NCBI RefSeq assembly: GCF_000150275.1
Contig: NW_002060944.1
Location: 6,609,102-6,673,101 of the forward strand
DNA: 64,000 bases
Origin: Trichoplax adhaerens
Taxonomy: Eukaryota > Animalia > Placozoa
Direction: 5' to 3'
Shown here one piece after another: positions 1 through 14,424 of the stretch. Under the pieces are notes generated by a model. That model was not told where the DNA came from and did no database searches. It saw only the letters and a program-made list of their open reading frames with translations. Numbering within the stretch: position 1 is the stretch's first letter; each line of letters begins with the position of its first letter. A program made the position numbers and the translations under genes.

Positions 1-881
1 TTTGATAACATGCATGTAGTGCAAATTGCTCATGTGTATCGCTAAACTTGACGTAAATTTTGTACTCGGACAGGACCATTGCAATAAAACTTCTTCAAGA
101 TAGCAAAAATCTCAGTAAATCAGAGTTTTCGGAAGGCAATATTTTGGTATACGAGTATATATGTACTTTATTGTTTTATTATTGTTAAGATTAACATAAA
201 TCTCTGAACAACTATCCGATAATGATAAATTCGATTTAATAATATCGCTGTAATATAAACATTGACATTTTCTTTGGAGCATTCTAATATAGCAATTTAA
301 AATAAGCTTTCATCTGTGTACAGTATTTCAAAGAAATCTTCAAAAATACTTTAACGATTTTGTTATCTCGAAACTTAACTAAATTTACTATAATCGATAC
401 TCTATTCTGAGTAGCGTTACGTTGATATACTGTCTATTTAATTCGATATTTAAATAAATATAAACCTTATCATATAGTATAATATGCCTAAATTCTACGT
501 AAATTTGTCTAGAATTTCATTTTATATGTATTTCAAGCAATCCAACGATTGCATCATTGTACAAGCTGTTTTAATAACATTGTACAGACATATCGTGTCA
601 AATATATAACCGGCCAGCAAAATATAGGCCTTTGGTTAATGCCTACCAATATTCATATTTGTATATTAAAACAGCCGTAGTAGTCATGTATGGTTGACAT
701 CAAGTAGCTACATGACGTCGTCCTTTATCGTGTAAACTGTATACTAATCTTCAAATTTTTTACTTACTGCATATTTGTTTCCTTGAATAATGTTGCTCAT
801 ATGTTATGAGCGTATAAGAAAAAAATAATTAAATTCAGATTTAGTTTAGCAAAGCGTAAAGAAAATGAGGTAACCAAGAAT

Positions 882-3800
882 TTACAAATCCCAGCTAAAA
901 AGGTGATGTTTTAACAACATATCGCAGAGATTCTGTTTCATTGGAACATTAGTCTAGAATAAAGAAGAATATGCTAAGGAACAGTGATAAAAGAGTGGTA
1001 CAGTATTTCCATTAACTGATTAAGGTCAAAAAGTTAGGTGTACATAACAATTAATATTTACATCTTTCGAAACTTCGTAATCTGCGGATAAGTTGAAAGA
1101 GAAATTCGATAAAACTCTACAAAACAAGATGAAACTTTGTTAAAAAGATTACGTCATAGAATAAAACAAATAGCTTCCTTAGATTTAGTAATACTGTTTG
1201 GAACAAAATTGACGTACCTTAATTCACACTTAATTTGTATCCATCCAGGACTACGTAGAAATGATGCGGCTTCGTACCTTTGTCGTGATAATACAACAGC
1301 AAGTAATAGATGAATATTATTTATTGTAATATTCTATAGATTATGCTAGTAAAGTAATATTTTTGTATACCATTTCGCTACTACTTCTTCACAAGAACAA
1401 AGAATTTCTAGCCATAGATGCAAAACTTGCTCGCTACATTCAAATTATTATATTAAAATTAGCTGACATATTTTACGGAAATGAACAGTAAAGTAATATC
1501 AAACATTTCTTACTTTAGTCCGATGCAGATGAGAGATCGAAACTAAGATTTGTCCCCAAAAATAAACAAATTATAATCACTCAACATTGTAAGGAACTTT
1601 TATATTGTCCTATAATGATATACGTAATATCCACATCTAGTAGTACTACAGTAGACGATACCTTCATATCCATACTCGCGTGCAATTGATCGTGTGTTAT
1701 ATTTACGGAATGTACAGCCTATAAAGCATGAAATTGACATAATATCAACAAATATTGAATCTATCATGTGTATTTCTAATAACAACTAGAGAATTACAGT
1801 AAAATAGTCGAATCTTTATTTAAAAATTCTTGAAACATGATGTGCGTGATATGAATAACTTCTCACAATGACTCCTCGAATAGATTGCAAGAATGAAGAA
1901 AGTTAATGTTTCTATTAAATGTAATAATTCGGAACTATTTACCCGGTATAATATCTCTTCAGGAGTTAATACTCTGCCGTCTTCATCTAGCCTGAATAAT
2001 GAAATTTTGGGTTATTAATGCAACATTACCAGAGGTAGAAACTTTAAATTGAAAAAATCTGTGAGAATACTCCATGACGTAGTCGATTTTGATTACTTAC
2101 TTATATGTTTTACATAATACAAGGCGAGAAAAGACCGAGTGGTAATCTCTTTCTATTTCTTTAATGCTAGCCTACAAAATGAAGTCATATATAGATAACA
2201 TAAAAATTTATATTCTACATAAAAACCTAATATAATCAGAGGTTTAAACGCAAGGAATACTTTAAAGCTTAACCTTGAATTATACTAATACATGAATACT
2301 ATTAAGGGAAAACTTACTAAAACGAACCTATAATATTAACATTTGCAGTATTTATTTCAGAAGGTTAAGCATACCTCTTCTATAAAAGCCCATGGGTGAC
2401 ATTTTGCTCCTAGGACAGACGGCTTAGTTATTCCATGCTGAAAGACCGCTAAGAGAGCATCACATAATCTGTAAATGTGAGCATAAAATCGTTTAGACTT
2501 CGTAAATCATGTACAGGAGATCAAAAGAATTGCATAAATGTGATGTTTACTTTGGAAATTACCTACAATTAATTAATCTGTCATATCTACGCGTAATAAT
2601 ATTTGATGACATCAGTTGTATTATAAATAATTTACCTGCCACGTACTAATGGAACGATAACATCGGTAATTTTGTCATCACCAGCAGCATTATACTAAAA
2701 ATTATAAAATAAAAAAGTTAATTGCTGCAAATAGTGTGCCTGCAATTTAAATAAATGATCGTCTTGTTAACTAATCCTGCCCAAACCTCTTTACTTCTTT
2801 CATCAAGGAGTTCAACAAATTTAGCAGGAAACCAGCCTGAAAAAAGAATTCATATTATTTTAAATATAACGTGGAAAGAAATTGAAAATGTTTTTAAAGC
2901 AGCATATTATTTACAGCTATTCCATTACCTTTTAAACCGTTCAGCTCTCCAACCCAGCAGTGATCATCCGATTGTGAAATTATCTGTAGTTTTTTTTATA
3001 TTAAAATCAATAGGTTACCCTTGTAACGACAAAATTCAACCGTAATTATCTGTTAGCTTGAATGCTCACTGTTATGATATCGTTTTTTCTGAAGCCTAAT
3101 TCATTATCATCATGTCCGTCAAAATCTAGTATGGCTCTAGCACGACGAAGTCGGTTCCTATAAAATTTTGTAGTATAATTAAATAACTTTTCCATTTGTA
3201 GCAAAGTATGATACATCAGTTCGTGTTTAACAGATGCTCACCTTGATACAGTAGCAAACTGTTCGTAATCACGCCTGTGGCTTTCTACTGAGTAGTCCGG
3301 GACTAGTGCCTTTATAGCAAATCAAACAAGATTGGATAAAAAGGCAATGAATGATATAGATATGACACTAATTTTGAGTTAATATTTCTGAGAAAAGGGT
3401 CATAGAATGAGCAAGAAATAGCTTAAAATTTGATAGTATAACGATAACGTTCTAAAATTTATTTTACACCAACCTTTTTCGATTTTGCAGCCTGAAAATG
3501 CCTAGCAACTTGCATGATACATTCTCGTAGATTTGCTACTAATTCTTAGTATTAGAAACATTATTAAAAGTATTAAAATAACTTCATCTCTGATTGGTCG
3601 TTTTAGAGATATTCTTAAGTTAGGATGCTACAATACCAGTTTGCCTGACGTTTTTCGTTTTAGCCCAGTTTGCTGATTGCTTTTTTCTTGTAAGACAGTT
3701 TGCTAAGTAGATGTAAGAAAATTGTAAGATTAGAAATTAAAATCGAAAAGATATTTACTTGCAATAATAAAAGTATGTTAATCATTTATACATAATATGT

Positions 3801-6800
3801 CACCCAAGAAACCGTTTTTTCTTCTTCTGTAATCCTCAATATTTCGTTGTTTCATTTGCTAATGCGTTGCATATAATTATCAAACAATTAACAACCAAAA
3901 GCATACTGAATCTCCAGAATACTTGTTTACACGCTAACCGATTTCGATAATGTTTCCCCGTCGTCGTTCGTAAGTAATGATCCTAATTCAGCAACAAGTA
4001 AATCTAGAAACTTTCGACGGCTGATCTCAATAGTATCTACTGATAGATCACCTGCGATTGTATAAGAAGCCTGATAAAGTAAATAAATAAAATACATAAT
4101 TTTAGTGTTGCGACTTGCATGATTACATCAAAATATTATTTAAGTCAGCAAGTCTGTTAAAATACCAAATTGCTATTAACTTAATATCAAATTTAGCGCA
4201 TCATTAAAGCATAAAAGGCGTATTTACTTCTATCAGCTTTTCAACATCGTCTACGTCTAATGGAATGTCAGAAAGCATGTTGAATATCTCAGCAGAATTG
4301 TCTAAAGATAGTAAATCTTTTTGCTATAACCATTTGATGAAGTAAAACAGCAGATTAGTGGATATGAAGTCGCATAGCTAAGTAGATTAGTAAGAATAAG
4401 CTGTAAAATACTTACTCTTAAATGTAGCATACCAAGTGTAAACTTAAACAGAGCTATGGAGCCCTCATAAAGATATAAATCCCAAAGGCGCAAAAGGACC
4501 TACACATATAAGGTTCAATGTATTTAGAGTAAACTGCAGACTGTTAGGATTAGATACTTAATAAATCCTACAGATATTTTAAATAGTGCTACGTACTCTA
4601 GTCTGTACTACACTGGCAAATGCGGTCAGGAACCAATGTAAGCAAATCAGAGATAATTCTAAGACGAAATGAACAGTATAGCATTGTTATTATAAAAGGT
4701 TACAGAAAGTACTTAAATAATTATATATGATAATCATATGACCATATGGTTAGTTTACGTAATGATAATTGTAATTATACCGATATCATTGTTTTTAAGA
4801 GCTATATCCAGTTCAGGTAATTTTTCTGTTACAAGCTTACGCAAAACTCTTTGATCAGCCTACAGAGGTTCATTAACAAAACAAGACAACACAAATTTCA
4901 TTACGGAAGTATAGATTTATGAGATGAAGTAGGAGTAAATAGAGATTTGCAAATGATTATTTTCTGAGGAGAAATTTCTAATAATACCTGTACTCCAATT
5001 AATGTGCTTGAATAATAGGAAGAAGGCATTAAATCCTCCATAACTGTAGCTAGCAGCCAAAAAGCGTCTTCTTCTTCAAGAAATAGTAGGAAAGAAGCTG
5101 CAACCTATTTAGTATTTAGTGAATTGATACAATATTGCTCGGTATGCTTTGGCAAGGGTTTCTCTGACAACGAAAGATGCAAACATAAAACCTTGAAGAG
5201 TCTTACCATTCCTGTGCCTTGGCAATATCCAATATCGGGATATAACCACGCGATGCCTTTCAAAATCCTCCTAAGTTTTGTAATTCCTGGACTATATACG
5301 CTATTAAAGCAGGCATTTGTTGGCATAGTTCTTAAGAGGTCCTGCAATTGATTAAAAATAAAGTGTTTGTAAGTTAGATGTCGAAATAACTTTGAATAAA
5401 GCTGTTTGTGCAATACTGTTCATTTTGTTGATTCTATTTTAAAGTATTTATCTATATAATCTACAATTGTTCTACCATTAAGAATACGGTAGTTTATTTT
5501 TTCATGAATTAGATATAGCTTATAAAGCGAATCGAGATTAGTAATGTTGTTCCCCATTACCTTTTCGATCTGCTTTGAAGAGAGAGCTGTACTATCGGAC
5601 GTCGCACGAATAATTTCCTATCGAATTTCAATAGGATAATTTATGATTATATTTACATTCAATTGACCTAAAAGGATACACAGCTATTGCAGTAAAGTTG
5701 GGTTTAACCTGGTATGATATATCATTAGATTGTTTCTTCTTCAAAGCTCCTGATATTCTCATCCATAACTATTTTTAAATTTCGTAACGAAAATTGATTA
5801 GTATCTAAGTATAGCATTAAAAGAACAATGTTATTAAATAGTAATGTACCTGCTGCCTATAAGAATGTGGAATTCCTTCTTTCAGTAATGAGTGCAATTT
5901 ATCGGAGCGAGGGAGCATGGGATCTATCTGTAGATTAGTGCAACAATATTCGATATTAGAATTATTCCATAAGAATGAGAGTATTTTTCAATTATTATAA
6001 TTTTTCTGGAAATACTTGAGCAATAATGTACCTTATCCCATGTAAGCGCCTCTAGTTGGCCATTTTGTGTAAATTCTAAATATGCTTGCCATCGTAGCTT
6101 TAATGATGAATCTTCATTAGCAAGAGAACTTCTTGTTGGTTCCAGACCTGTTATGTAACGCAAAAAGGGTAAAAAGTTGCAAATATTATCTAAAATACCG
6201 ACGTGATTGCTTATTGGCGATGTAACTACCGTTGAAGAAATAAAAATTATAGGCCATACTGGTATCAATGAAGTACAATATTTACAAGAAGCTTTATTCG
6301 AGAGCGACCCCTGTATCATTTACCTTTATTTTCTACAAGAAATCCAAATTCATCATAAGAAAAATCGGGCGGTGAATAACCTTCCTCACTCTATGGAGAC
6401 GGTAGCATATATTAAATTTCATATCACGTAAAGATTTTCAAACTTAAGTTGCTATGAGTTCTACTGCTACGCTATCATCAACCATGGCATATTACACTAT
6501 ATGTTGTACAAATAACTGCACCATTACATATAGTTTATTAATTAAAGTTAAAGTTATAGAGAAATTTTTCTTCTATAAGCACTATACAGTATACGACAAT
6601 ACGATAATGTACTCCGAAATTAATAAGCCTATGATAATGAAGAGATTTCTGATTCTAATTTTGTTGTTTTTAATTTTAAGATAAATCATGTATTTACCAA
6701 ATTTGTTTTCATTAAAATTTCTTGAGGCCACATATTAGGAATTAATGCCGAAAATGGACCACCAGGTGTTGGTTCATATCTCTCGTCATCATATTTAGGC

Positions 6801-9800
6801 TTGAGCTGAGCTGATTTCCTCCGTGGCATAAGTGAGCTATTACTCATTGTAAAACCATTTTGTTGCAAATCAGCAAAGGATTCAGCAATAAATCCACTTG
6901 ACGGTACTGTATAAATAATATATAAAATGATGTAATTGAGAGGCCAAAAGATATTATTGATATCAAATTATAATATCGTTTTTAAATATTATCATTACAT
7001 AATTCTATCAATAGAGTAAGGTATGTCGACTAATAAGATGTAATTTTTATTTTTTTTTTATAACAGAATTGGCTAAGAGAGGCGATAATTTTTATAGTAC
7101 AGCAGCGTATTAAAATCACTGCAGAAAGTGTTAGTTGAACATGGTGTTAAAACAGAGACATACAATTATTACTCTTTTAATTGGCTACTGTTGATTATAC
7201 TAAGGAAAGATTAGAATAAGAGTAACGAATAAAACATTTTATAATTTAACTACCGTCTTTTACAGTATAAAGCAGTAGGTAGATTTCTACAGGAGTTATT
7301 ATTTTATTCGCATCGACAGTTTGCTGAGTGTTGAGTTTTAAAAATTTCTTACACCATAAGAAGGATAGAGTACGGTAGATAGGCATTATTTAAAGAGTTG
7401 TTATTTATTAATGAATTTCAACACGATACTGTATCAATCCGTTAATATAATGATAATTTTTGATTGACTTTGCGTAGTTATTTACTGTATTTATAAATGT
7501 GCAGTATTATCGTCCATATTAGATCGATCTTGATGGCCCCTAGCCAACGGTTGCCTACTTCTAGTTTAAGTGCGTCGACAATTTTTTTTATACACTTGTC
7601 GTAAAATGGAGATGAACGGACACATTACGTTAAAGAGATTGCTTGATTTTAAATGTTGATCAAGTACAAGTAGGCAATCGTCTGCTAATGATTTGCTTGT
7701 CGTTGGTTTGTAGATATTTTAGTAAGTCTGAAGAAAATGAAGATGAATGATCTACCGAATTAGAGAGGATTACTTAGTTATTGAATGTCGATCAATTACG
7801 ATCAAAATAATTTTCTACTTGTAGTTAGTAGGCTACGATTGATCAAGTACAAGTAGACCATCGTCTGCTAATGATTTGTTTGCGGTTGGTTTGTAGATAT
7901 TTTAGTAAGTCTGAAGAATATGAAGATGAATGATTTACCGAATTAAAGAGGATTACTTAGTTATGGAATGTTGATCAATTAGGATCAAATAATTTTCTAC
8001 TTGTAGTTAGTAGACTACGTAGATATTTAAAAAAAAATTGAGGGTCCAACTACTGAAGGGATTAAGTACTGCATACAAAGTACAAGTAAACAGTTGCCTA
8101 CTTCCACTGGATATGTAGACCTATTTGTTCATTGGAAGAAAAATAGGAATGAATGATCAATTCTATTTATGAAAGCGATTGCTTGGTATTGAATGCTAAT
8201 CAGATTTGCGATTCATATTAGTCAATTATCTTGTACTTTTGGTAGTCTGTAAGAGACAGGATGTAATTATAGCCATAATCCCATGGTGGATTATGGCATC
8301 AATGGCAGTAAATTATTATTTTATTATCATTGGCTATATCCATTTATTCAACTCAGCCATTGCACAAGTAGTAGAAATCGTATGCAGAATTTCATCAAGG
8401 CGTTCAATAAATAAATAACGTACTGTGCAATATGTTATGTTAACCACGAGTTTATGATGGATATTGATCGTCATCGACTGGACAGTAAGGCAAGTCTACA
8501 TAGAATAGAGTAACGAAATTTCTCCTAGACGTATGTTGAAATAGGCCTTTAATTCTAATTATTGTAAGCCACTGATTTTTTGGCCATCAAAAAGGACACC
8601 CGCTCAATCTACAGTCTTTACAGAAAGTAGTTAACCAAATGGCTGTAGTAGTTTCCTTTTCATATTAGTATCCCTTAACAAATCGATTCTGCCATCGTAT
8701 GCTCATGAACTATTTTAACATACGTATTATGTAGCATTGCGTCAAATGTTTGTTACCGTAAATTAACTTTCCTTCTGCTTCACTAATGGAAATGGGAGTC
8801 GTAGACTTGTATAGAACATATAGACACGAACAGGATCAGCAAATTCAATGGAGTAATTGAAGTTTGCTGAAGATCGCTGAATTCAATGGAGTAATTCAAG
8901 TTTGCTGAAGATCGAACAGTCTGTTGATGGGCTTTCTATAGTGGTCATAACATGACATGTTTATTTAATTCTTGCAGAAAGGTACATATTGATCCGATTT
9001 TGAAATCATCTAGCTGGACTTTATGTACATTTTCAATATGTCCCTAATTCAATGTCATGATGATAGACATATGTAGTGTATCTATGCCTATCTCGTGATA
9101 ATCCACAGTTCAGCATGGCTTTTACTACCATTCAATTTGTATAAAAGAAATGATAAATAAAAAAAAAAAACACCAGACGTAGCCATGGCATTTAGGTTGT
9201 GCTATCCTTCATTACTCGATTTTTGACTATCCTACCGGCCATTTCAAAGTATCTTTACGAGATAGAATGGATTTTAAATGAATTGAATCGGTTTTCGATT
9301 TCTCTTATATATGGATCCATTAAATAGGATTGTCAATCCATTCTTAACTAGTGTACCGGCTATGTTAAAAAAAAAGGATCCGTATGTTTAGGTTAAAATC
9401 AACTTTGAATGAGATAGAATTTCAATTCTATGATCGGATTGAGCAGATTACCCCTTTTACATCGATGATATGTCCATGGAATACAGCAGTAATTTGATTC
9501 TTGGCTACTATACCTGATATGTAAAAGTATCGATTTATTGACCATGGAATCAATTTTGAATGAAATCGATTTTCCATTTTATTGTCGTATTGACTACTTT
9601 TACATTGATGATATATCAAATTGAATATGGTAGAGTAAATGGACTTTTTGCTAGTCTATCGTCTATGTAAAAGTACGCGTATGTTCACCATGAAATCAAT
9701 CTTTTAATGAGTAGTATTTTAATTCTGTTTTAGTATTGAACAGGCTGCCCATTCCTTTTTTACATGGATGATAAATCAATTTCTAGTGAATCGATTCTTG

Positions 9801-12800
9801 ACTGTTCTTGTATGTCGATGATGGAAGAGTATGTTCACAGAATGACAGATTGATATTAGAGGAGTGAATTTTATTATTTTTGGGGAATGAATTCAATTTT
9901 CATTCCGTCATAAGACTAATTAGACCGTCGATTTTTCTATTCCCTACGGGTAGATCATCTACTGTACTGTGTTTATCGATTCTTGACTGTCCTTCTAACC
10001 TATGTCAAAGTAGATTCAATTTAAGGACTTGTAGGAGAAAAAATTCTTGCTTAAAAGTGGCTGTTCACTGGCGAGGATACTATTGTAGTAGAGTAAAATG
10101 GATAAGTTCATTTAATCCATTGAAAGCCAATTTTGCCACAGTAGGCAATAGACTGTACATCCCTCCATTAACATGGATCTTCTATCCAACATTGAATCGT
10201 ATTTACATCGTCATGTCAATTAATTTAATTATTATTATAACTAGATCAATCATGTTCTAGGGATAGGAGAAAGTAAAACGGAAATGATAATTTCAGTTCA
10301 AAACGAGAAAGAATGTTCGTTTATGAGCACGATGCTATCAAATATCAAACTGAGAACAATCTTGTTCTAGGGATAGGAGAAAGTAAAACGGAAATGATAA
10401 TTTCAGTTCAAAACGAGAAAGAATGTTCGTTTATGAGCACGATGCCATCATTTAATCTCAAATTGAACACGATAATGAATAAAATATCCAACTGAAAACT
10501 ATTTCAAATCATCCTTGACTGGAAAAAAAATCGACCACTTTAAGAATGGAGCCCCAAAGCTACTATCCACTTCTCTCTACGTTAGAGATCAACGTAAGCT
10601 ATCCCCATCCAATGGAAAGGAAAGGAGAAAAAAATTAGCTTAGACGACATTGATTGATTGATTGATGCAAAGGGTGGATCATAAGAGTACACTTTCCATC
10701 AGTGCTTCCGTTCTTCATCGTCAAACAGAATTACATTTCTGTAGAATAGATAATGCTGGCCTTGACGACTATTCTAATTGATATTCTAATTTTAATGTCA
10801 TTCAATTTTTTATTTATTGGCCATGGATAGCCCGTAGTGTTTTTATTGTTGATAGTTGAAGTAGAGTAGTTGGAAGATGTGTATTGCTGTAGTCGATTAT
10901 GATGGTTATCCTTCTGTATTGGGCTACTGTTATTCTCTTACTTCTTGGGATATTTTTCACAGGGAATTGATTTTGAAAGAGTCCGTTGAATCAAAATTCA
11001 ACGGCATGGCGATAGTAATAGCAAGAATGGAAATTGATATGCATGGAATAGAGCTGTCTACGTTGTTTTCATAGCAGGAAAAGTTTCTTCTTTTTTTGGG
11101 GGGGGGGCAGTCGTCTATCACCAAGACATGATTTATGTCTTGGTGGTGGAGATGAGATCATCTCAGCGATCATAAACTGAGAAAGATTTCAACGCACAGC
11201 GTTCATCATTTCCTATTTCATGACTCTATTTTTACACATCGTGGGCAATATCATGTTCTAGTTTACTAGATTGCCTAGTCGATGTGTTGATTGTAGACGT
11301 AGCAATATCTTACACTTGGAGAATGTTATCCAAGTTGCTATCCCCCAAAATAAAGTACAAGTTCAACCTTTTCTTCTCTTTTCTTGTCAAGGTTTATTAA
11401 AGCCATGGAGTATTGCTTGACTACTCGTACACTATCTGCGACATTAGGTGATCAAAAAAGCGTTTCTAAAATGGAGTTTTTCCAATGTTATCCAACTTGC
11501 TATCCCTCAAAATAAAGTAGTGTATAAGTTCAACATTTCCTTCTATACTGTAGAATACAAGGCATTCTGTTTTCTTGTAAGGTTTATTAAAGCCATGGAG
11601 CATTGCTTGATTACTCGTACACTATCTGCGACATTAGGTGATAAAAAACGCGTTCATAACATGGAGCTTTCCCCCCCCCCCCAAAAAGGCCATTACATTT
11701 TTAGGGGTGTTATATTGTCATCAAGTTTTAAAAGAGGTTCATGAGAGCGAAATGCTCGTCGTATTCATTTTGCTATTGAGAGGGGGGCAGGCATTGAAAT
11801 GATGTTCCTATAACTCAATCAAATTATTTTCCTATAACTCAATTGGATCATCATTACTAATTTGTGTTGAATGGCGACGAATTAAAAACATGGTAGAATG
11901 AATGAGTAAAATCGGTCGTTGAAATTTTTCTTGTATTGATTGGTTTAGTTTAGCGATATTGGGTGGTTCATTGTGTTGTAATCCTTGCCGACATGGAAGG
12001 ATTCTTCAATGAAATGGGAATATGGACCGAGTAGTAAAAGTCGCCGCTTTGGATAAACTATTATACGACTATCATTGGATATCAACGGTGTCTAGCCGTC
12101 GGCAATGTAGTGGATAACTGTTTTTGGAGGGGAATGTTATGATACTGATTTTCCATGATAGCGTTAACATTGTCAACGTTTATTCAAGAGATTGAACTAA
12201 TTTGCCTGCCAGTTGTTGAATTGCAATTGAAATGAGGATCTTGATGGATAATATTTTGACACTGTATGGAGATGGGATTCTTCTACGTGGCAAAGGACTG
12301 GATGAGTTAAGCGGAATGTCTACTTAAGAACGGATGATTCTTCTACTTTAACGAGCTATCTATCCTATTATGGTTTTACTTTCAACTACGCTAGGATATT
12401 TGGAATAATACAATTTAATCGATTGAGCTATCGTTGGGATATAGTCTTGAAAATGATGTTCATCCTTGTTGAGTTCACGTCGTCTATCCATAAACTAGCA
12501 CCATTCATTTTACATTAACGATACCTTTATGATCCAAAGAATTGGAGTAAGCATGATTATTTCTTGAAGGCAATATAGGCTGCAGCAGCGATTTGGCAAA
12601 TTCCATGGTTTTAATCCTCTTACCTTTAGAGAAGAAATGATCAATCAATTGAATGAGCAACAACTTGATATTTTCAATATCATGCCTAAGATCAAGATTT
12701 CATTTTATTGACGATTACTAATTAAATGGAAAGGGTAAATGGATGATCAATCCATCACACTCTCAAAGTTGGAGTAATAATCGATTGATCTCCACTTGAT

Positions 12801-14234
12801 TGTATGACTGTATTTCATTCTCTTCTTGTCAAACTAGAAATGATACCCTAGCACAGAGGCAAAAACCGCCAATCTTCTCCTTGATGGATAGCAAACTGTA
12901 TTTAGTATTTCCATTTTATTGGACTATCGTCTCCTACTTACCACTTTCAATGGAGTCCAACAACAATTTTTCTTCTTCTTCTTCTTCTCCAATCAACCAT
13001 CCAAACTGAATTCAATACCAAGTGTACGAACTAGCCAATTGCTAGTTGTGTACGTAACTTGGGCAAAGAAGGAAAGAAGAGGAAAAAAGAGGAAAATAGG
13101 CAAGGAAAGAAGTTGTACAACGATGGAAAATGGCCAAAAGGCTGCAATAGATCGAGGATAGAAAGGCAAGTACGGACTGGGGCCGTTATTTGGATTGGGT
13201 GGGCCGATTGATTTACGTCATGAGTTCTCAATTATGTTGCAATGGAGAGTGAGTGTATTGGCTATAGAGTGTCTGGAAGAGGCCATCCAGTCGTATCAAA
13301 AGTAGTGGACGATTTGCGATAGTGGGGGAGTTGGCAATTTGCAGAGCAGATTGGCTATCCTCCACGAGAGAGTAAATATAACTTTGGATCGATGGTTTGT
13401 TGACATACCGGCAAAAGACATTGATTCTAGAGGCTAATATGGAGTAGGATGGACAGTAGGTTGGTTAACAAGTGTTTAAGTAAGGCAGTCATTGGATGAC
13501 ATTGATCGATCTGATGTCGTTATGGACATCCAAATCGATCGATGGAGTAGTCTACTCGTATGCCGCCTCGCCTCGCTTAGGCTTTACCACTCGTTTTGAT
13601 AGAGTAAGAGTCGATTGCTAATTTTCTTTTGGATATCATGATAGCTATGTTATAGCCTATTGATTAGTCACAATGATAGTCTACTCGAGTCTTGAGATAC
13701 TTTACGATGGCTTTCTTGACACAGCCTAGCTGTCGTCAAGCTTATTACTTTGCACGAGTCGATATCGGAAGACTTTCTCTGGCAGGTTGCTTCTTACTGT
13801 CATGGCAAGCTCTGCCCAGTTGGATCTTATGAAAGCGAGTAGAAACTATGACGAGAGCTCGATTACAGCGTAGGAATAGACAGTATTGCATGGACAAACT
13901 AACGTTTATCATCACCCTAGGCAACAATCTGCAGCTACCTCCTAGGTCGTCGATATCGTGCTCGTTTTCGTTGCCCCTGCAAAATGCTGTACTTTATTTG
14001 GCAGCCAATGACTGTACTATACTGTAGAAGAATTGATCAATGGCTTTCAATTTTATATCCATTTGAAATAGAGACTATAGTAAGTGGATACAAAAAGTGC
14101 AAGAAAGGCAATACATCATCACTGTCGTCTCCATTACTCCAGTAGAGCAGCACGATTGTCTGTCCCGTGGAGTGGACTACTGACTACACCACTGCACCCA
14201 GCTGTGAGCTAATAAATGATTTATACTCCATCAT
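882..14234 (-). CDS. SGSM3: Small G protein signalling modulator 3 (RUTBC3; TBC RabGAP + SH3 + RUN domains), about 32 exons
   Basis: Spliced exons from 6906 to 882 give [18 protein letters not shown], the TBC motifs QIEKDLLRTMP and [11 protein letters not shown]3 ([52 protein letters not shown]), RUN ([23 protein letters not shown]) and the C-terminus [12 protein letters not shown] (TAA at 882-884), all matching human SGSM3. The two 5' exons (14227-14234, 13939-13976) are tentative; the confident span is 882-6906. Confidence 0.93.
7658..8240. repeat. Tandem duplication, ~183-bp unit, 2 near-identical copies plus a degenerate third
   Basis: gatcaagtacaagtag...tcgtctgctaatgatttg starts at 7658 and 7841; a diverged copy starts near 8077. 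Confidence 0.85.
8842..8914. repeat. Short tandem duplication (~38-bp period, 2 copies)
   Basis: aattcaatggagtaatt(g/c)aagtttgctgaagatcg occurs twice. Confidence 0.8.
10253..10445. repeat. Direct duplication, 110-bp period, ~83 bp identical
   Basis: tgttctagggataggagaaagtaaaacggaaatgataatttcagttcaaaacgagaaagaatgttcgtttatgagcacgatgc at 10253 and 10363. Confidence 0.9.
11321..11670. repeat. Tandem duplication, ~165-190-bp unit, 2 copies
   Basis: aatgttatccaa.ttgctatccc...aaggtttattaaagccatggag...actcgtacactatctgcgacattaggtgat occurs twice. Confidence 0.85.
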
Positions 14235-14424
14235 GACTTGATGCACTATGGTATCTACTTTTAGTACAGTCAATGCAATTGCAGCTGTTCTCTTAGCAGA
14301 AAATAGTGTGGCTCATAAGTTAGAAAAGTAGAGTAAAGTAAAGCAGAAAAATCATCGACAGAAACTCCTCATTGCCCCTAACCCCACTGCCTATTTACTC
14401 TTGACCTTTATAGGAATGTTCGGT

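Noticed and set aside
11091-11687. Possible MITE bounded by T-run/G-run and C-run/A-run, with an 11-bp hairpin at 11119-11145
   Set aside because: The inverted match is homopolymer only, does not extend, and has no target-site duplication.
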